Under the pieces are notes generated by a model. It did not search any database, was not told where the DNA came from, and saw only the letters and a list, made by a program, of their open reading frames with translations. DNA of 33,729 nucleotides from an uncultured bacterium (GTDB taxonomy: Bacteria > Chloroflexota > Dehalococcoidia > SM23-28-2 > RBG-16-64-32): positions 1 through 33,729 of the forward strand of contig CBDURB010000001.1 in NCBI GenBank assembly GCA_965369585.1. The letters run 5' to 3'. Positions 30,852-33,729 of this stretch are shown one piece after another (position 1 is the stretch's first letter; the number at the start of each line of letters is the position of its first letter). The position numbers were made by a program, and so were the translations under genes.

Positions 30852-31862
30852 ATGGTGAAGAAGGTTGCGGATCGCGCGGACATTACCGTCGAGCGCGAGG
30901 GCGGTGCCGTGGTCAAGAGGGCACACACTGAGGTGGGCCGAGCGGAACTGGTGAATGAGCTGCGCTTCCTGAAGGCGCTGGCACCGACGCCGTTTGTGCC
31001 GCAGGTGAAGGGCTACGAAGATGGCGTGCCTGGTCTGATGGTTACCGTCACCGAGGACATCGGCGAAGACGAGCCCGTGCAGGACGAGGCCGCGTTCCTG
31101 CGGCGCTGCATAGCGCTGATCCATGCCTTCAGGGAGCGCAGCATACGCCACGGCGACCTAACGGCCAAGAACCTGATCGTGCGGGGCGACTACCCCGTGG
31201 CGCTCGACTTCGGCGAGTCGCGTTTCGCCGAAGAGGACAGCCCCGATAAGCGGCCCAAGCCGGACGCCTACTACTTCTGGCGGGCCATCAGCGAGAAGCA
31301 TCCAGGGATGCGCACCGTAGACCGTTGGATCGCCGTCAGGGGCGCGCTCGGCGGCGACGAGGACGGCGCGTGGGACTGCCTAGCCGGGCGAGATGTGCTC
31401 GATCTGGGCTGCCACACCGGTGAGACGGCGGCGATGGCCGCGGCGGAGGGGGCGCGGGCCGTGGGTGTCGACAGGGACGCCGATATCGTCGGGCAGGCCC
31501 GCGACTTGTGGGGCGGGTTCGGCGCCGACACGATCGGATGCCAGTTTCTCCGCGCCGATATTGTGGGCTACGAGCCGGAGGCGGCGGACATCGTGTTCCT
31601 GTTCTCTACCTGGGCCTACATGGTGCAGGAGCACGGCAGGCAGGCTGCTTTGGAGACGCTGGCCCTCCTGATAGCGCGCTCCCAGGTGCTGTTCTTCGAG
31701 ACGCAACTAAGAGGCGACGGCCCCGGCCCCGACTTCTTGCAATCCCACGCCGATGTCGGGGCACTGCTAAACCGCTACGGCGAGGCAGAGAGGCTGGCGA
31801 TGATCCCCGTGGCGGGCCGGGGCGCGTACCGATCCGTGTGGAGTGTGAAAGGAGGCCGTTGA
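30852..31862 (+). CDS. protein-kinase-like (Kdo/WaaP/APH-type) domain fused to a class I SAM methyltransferase domain
   Basis: IRHGDLTAKNLIVRGDYPVALDFGES gives an HxDLxxxN catalytic loop plus DFG. C-terminal VLDLGCHTGETAAMAAAEGARAVGVDRD...ADIVFLFSTWAYM gives the MTase motifs. Confidence 0.65.
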   Translation: MVKKVADRADITVEREGGAVVKRAHTEVGRAELVNELRFLKALAPTPFVPQVKGYEDGVPGLMVTVTEDIGEDEPVQDEAAFLRRCIALIHAFRERSIRHGDLTAKNLIVRGDYPVALDFGESRFAEEDSPDKRPKPDAYYFWRAISEKHPGMRTVDRWIAVRGALGGDEDGAWDCLAGRDVLDLGCHTGETAAMAAAEGARAVGVDRDADIVGQARDLWGGFGADTIGCQFLRADIVGYEPEAADIVFLFSTWAYMVQEHGRQAALETLALLIARSQVLFFETQLRGDGPGPDFLQSHADVGALLNRYGEAERLAMIPVAGRGAYRSVWSVKGGR

Positions 31863-31863
31863 T

Positions 31864-32256
31864 ATGGCCACGAAAAAGAAGGCAGCCCCGCGCAAGCGGA
31901 GCGCGAAGCTGAAGCCGCCAGCGGAGCCGCTGGTAGAGGTATCTGAGCCGGAACCGGTGGAGGGGCAAGGGCCGGTGGTGTCGCTGCCATTCGAGCCGAC
32001 GGAAAAGACGCCGCCGCCGGAACTCGATGTGCCCGCCGACGGCATGCTGATCCGAAGAGACGGCGCCCCCGTCGTGTACGTGATGGACAAGGGCCGGCGG
32101 CGACCGTTCGCCAACGCCGATGTACTCGAGGACTGTGTCCGTCTCCACCTTACCGCCGAAGGGGCTAGCTGGAACGAGGTCGTCGTGCTGTCGCATGAGG
32201 AGATCGACCGGATACCGCAGGGGCCGGAGGTCACGGGGCCAGCGGATCTGCAGTAG
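31864..32256 (+). CDS. hypothetical protein with Lys-rich N-terminus
   Basis: 130-aa ORF, 1 nt after the upstream stop. MATKKKAAPRKRSAKLKPP... Confidence 0.5.
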   Translation: MATKKKAAPRKRSAKLKPPAEPLVEVSEPEPVEGQGPVVSLPFEPTEKTPPPELDVPADGMLIRRDGAPVVYVMDKGRRRPFANADVLEDCVRLHLTAEGASWNEVVVLSHEEIDRIPQGPEVTGPADLQ

Positions 32257-32259
32257 GCC

Positions 32260-32967
32260 GTGATCGTCATCATGCTGCTCACCTACGACCGCCTGGACGT
32301 GGCGAAGATCACGATGGAGAGCGTCGCCGCCAACCTCAACACCCCAGAGGACGTGTGGATGCACATAGCGGACGACGGCAGCAGCCAGAAGTACCGCGAT
32401 GAGCTGCTGGAGCTGGCCCACAAGCACTACGGCGACAAGGTGAGCATCACCAACTCGGAGCGTAGGGGCTACGGCGGGAACTACAACACCGCCACCCAGA
32501 TCGTGCATCAGATCGCGGACATTGTGCTGCCCCTGGAGGACGACTGGAAGCTAACGCGGCTCCTGGACATCGTCCCCATCGTCGAGGTGCTGCGGGCTGG
32601 CGTCCTGGACTGCGTCAGGATGGGCTATATCGGCTACACCGATGAACTGCGCGGGAGGTTGCTGCATCACGGCGGACTGCACTGGCTGGAGTTCGATCCT
32701 GCGAGCCCGGAGCAGCACGTCTTCACGGGAGGTCCCCGGCTGGAGAGGGTGGCCTTTGGGCGACAGGTCGGCCCCTGGCCCGAGGGGATAGAGCAGGGTG
32801 CCACCGAGCAGGCCGTCGCGGCCCGGGCAGAGGCCCGGCTGAAGGTGGCGTGGCCAGTCGATATCATCCGCCCCACGGGCGATGCCTTCGTACACATCGG
32901 GACATACAAGGCGGGCCACCCAGAGGCTGGCGGTAGCGAGCACGCAATGCAGGCGGCGGAAGCATGA
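32260..32967 (+). CDS. family-2 (GT-A) glycosyltransferase
   Basis: IVIMLLTYDRLDVAK..., HIADDGSS, PLEDDW (DxD). Confidence 0.7.
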   Translation: MIVIMLLTYDRLDVAKITMESVAANLNTPEDVWMHIADDGSSQKYRDELLELAHKHYGDKVSITNSERRGYGGNYNTATQIVHQIADIVLPLEDDWKLTRLLDIVPIVEVLRAGVLDCVRMGYIGYTDELRGRLLHHGGLHWLEFDPASPEQHVFTGGPRLERVAFGRQVGPWPEGIEQGATEQAVAARAEARLKVAWPVDIIRPTGDAFVHIGTYKAGHPEAGGSEHAMQAAEA

Positions 32968-33729
32968 GCGATCTTAACGTTTACATCTATCCCCAATTCG
33001 GCGGGGAGGACCGAGGCGACGGCGGCATCCGGCGTGTGGTGGAGGCGCAGCTACGGCATCTCCCCGCCCGTGGCTGCAGTGTGGTGGATTCACCGGATGC
33101 TGCCGACCTCATCGCCGTCCACATCGCCGCCGACAAGCGGCTGCTGGAACGCTACCCCCACATACCTCTTATCGTCCACAACCACGGCGTGTACTGGGCC
33201 GAGTTCGAGTGGACCGCTGCTTGGTTCGCGAAGGCCAACGCGTCCTGCATGGAGTCGATTCGCCAAGCGGACGCGGTGACGGCCCCCAGCGAGTGGGTGG
33301 CACGATCCCTACGGCGCCACAGCCTGCGCCCCGTGAGGGCCATTGGCCACGGCGTTGATCTGGAAGAGTGGGAGCTTGGAGGGAATGGGGGATACGTGCT
33401 CTGGAACAAGACGCGCGTCGACCCCGTCTGCGATCCTGAACCCGTACACGAACTCGCCCGCCTTGCCCCAAAGGTGCCCTTCGTGAGCACCTACGGCAAC
33501 CCCAATATCCCGAACCTGCAGGTGACGGGGCTGTTGCCCTACCACGAGGGGAAGGACGCCATCAGCAAGGCAGCAGTCTATCTCTGCACGACGCGGGAGA
33601 CGTTCGGCATCGGCACCTTGGAAGCGATGGCTGCGGGCGTGCCGGTTCTGGGCTGGCGCTGGGGCGGGCAGGTCGACATCATCGAGCACGGCGTCACTGG
33701 CTGGCTGGCCGAGCCCGGCGACTACGAGG
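32964..33729 (+). CDS. GT-B fold family-4-type glycosyltransferase, 3' end cut by window edge
   Basis: ATGA overlap at 32964. Not in the ORF track because no stop is reached. ...TRETFGIGTLEAMAAGVPVLGWRWGGQVDIIEHGVTGWLAEPGD is the GT1/GT4 E-x-F-G...EAMA.G.PV motif. Confidence 0.75.
   Translation, partial: MSDLNVYIYPQFGGEDRGDGGIRRVVEAQLRHLPARGCSVVDSPDAADLIAVHIAADKRLLERYPHIPLIVHNHGVYWAEFEWTAAWFAKANASCMESIRQADAVTAPSEWVARSLRRHSLRPVRAIGHGVDLEEWELGGNGGYVLWNKTRVDPVCDPEPVHELARLAPKVPFVSTYGNPNIPNLQVTGLLPYHEGKDAISKAAVYLCTTRETFGIGTLEAMAAGVPVLGWRWGGQVDIIEHGVTGWLAEPGDYE

Larger units (their letters stand above)
1..33729. mobile_element. Tailed-phage (Caudoviricetes) genome or prophage segment: regulatory/moron block, early recombination and DNA-modification operon, sigma factor, terminase-portal-protease-capsid module, glycosylation cassette
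   Basis: Co-linear TerS-TerL-portal/MuF-protease/scaffold-capsid order. Bet/exonuclease pair, Cro-like switch, three DNA methylases. Pervasive stop-start overlaps typical of phage operons. Confidence 0.85.

Noticed and set aside
1-33729. CRISPR arrays, IS elements or transposases, integrase, toxin-antitoxin pairs, reverse transcriptase (retron/DGR).
   Set aside because: I looked for regularly spaced direct repeats, DDE or tyrosine/serine recombinase motifs and RT YxDD motifs in the ORF translations and found none in this window.

Overview
High-GC (about 60-65% by eye) segment of a tailed-phage genome or prophage. Genes are very tightly packed, mostly with ATGA/GTGA/TAATG stop-start overlaps. 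Order of modules: (i) 1-2045, minus-strand block with small HTH/winged-helix regulators, an intrinsic terminator and a more AT-rich CAP-domain membrane protein; (ii) a divergent switch region with a strong sigma70-like promoter feeding an apparently leaderless Cro/XRE-type gene (2127-2345); (iii) an unusual ~540-bp ORF-poor, structure-rich spacer (2346-2886); (iv) a long plus-strand early operon (2887-14959) with a PD-(D/E)XK exonuclease plus Red-beta/Bet recombinase, a DnaA-C-like HTH, a two-TM protein plus Rpf-like transglycosylase, many small zinc-ribbon proteins, ASCH, DUF4031, an MmcB-like nuclease, a C5-cytosine MTase, an N4/N6 MTase, an ATP-grasp protein, a Gp37/Gp68 (DUF5131) protein and VRR-NUC; (v) a more AT-rich middle region (14960-17007); (vi) a phage sigma factor, a ParB-domain/DNA-methylase fusion, TerS, TerL, a portal-MuF fusion, a protease/scaffold and the major capsid protein (17133-27006); (vii) directly after the capsid gene and translationally coupled to it, a sugar-nucleotide modification and glycosyltransferase cassette (27937 to the window end). 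Most notable observations: (1) a ~24-nt junction cassette (GTCGC-N14-GCGAC, loop ending in AAAG) present about 13 times, only on the plus strand and only at cistron boundaries between 7.1 and 15.1 kb, and always read in the same frame (S...K-A-T); (2) 7-16-codon relay mini-ORFs whose start and stop overlap the neighbouring stop and start codons, chaining about 30 cistrons; (3) the glycosylation cassette embedded in the head-morphogenesis operon. No tRNA, rRNA, CRISPR array, integrase or transposase was seen. All functional calls rest on motifs I recognise by eye, and no database search was run.
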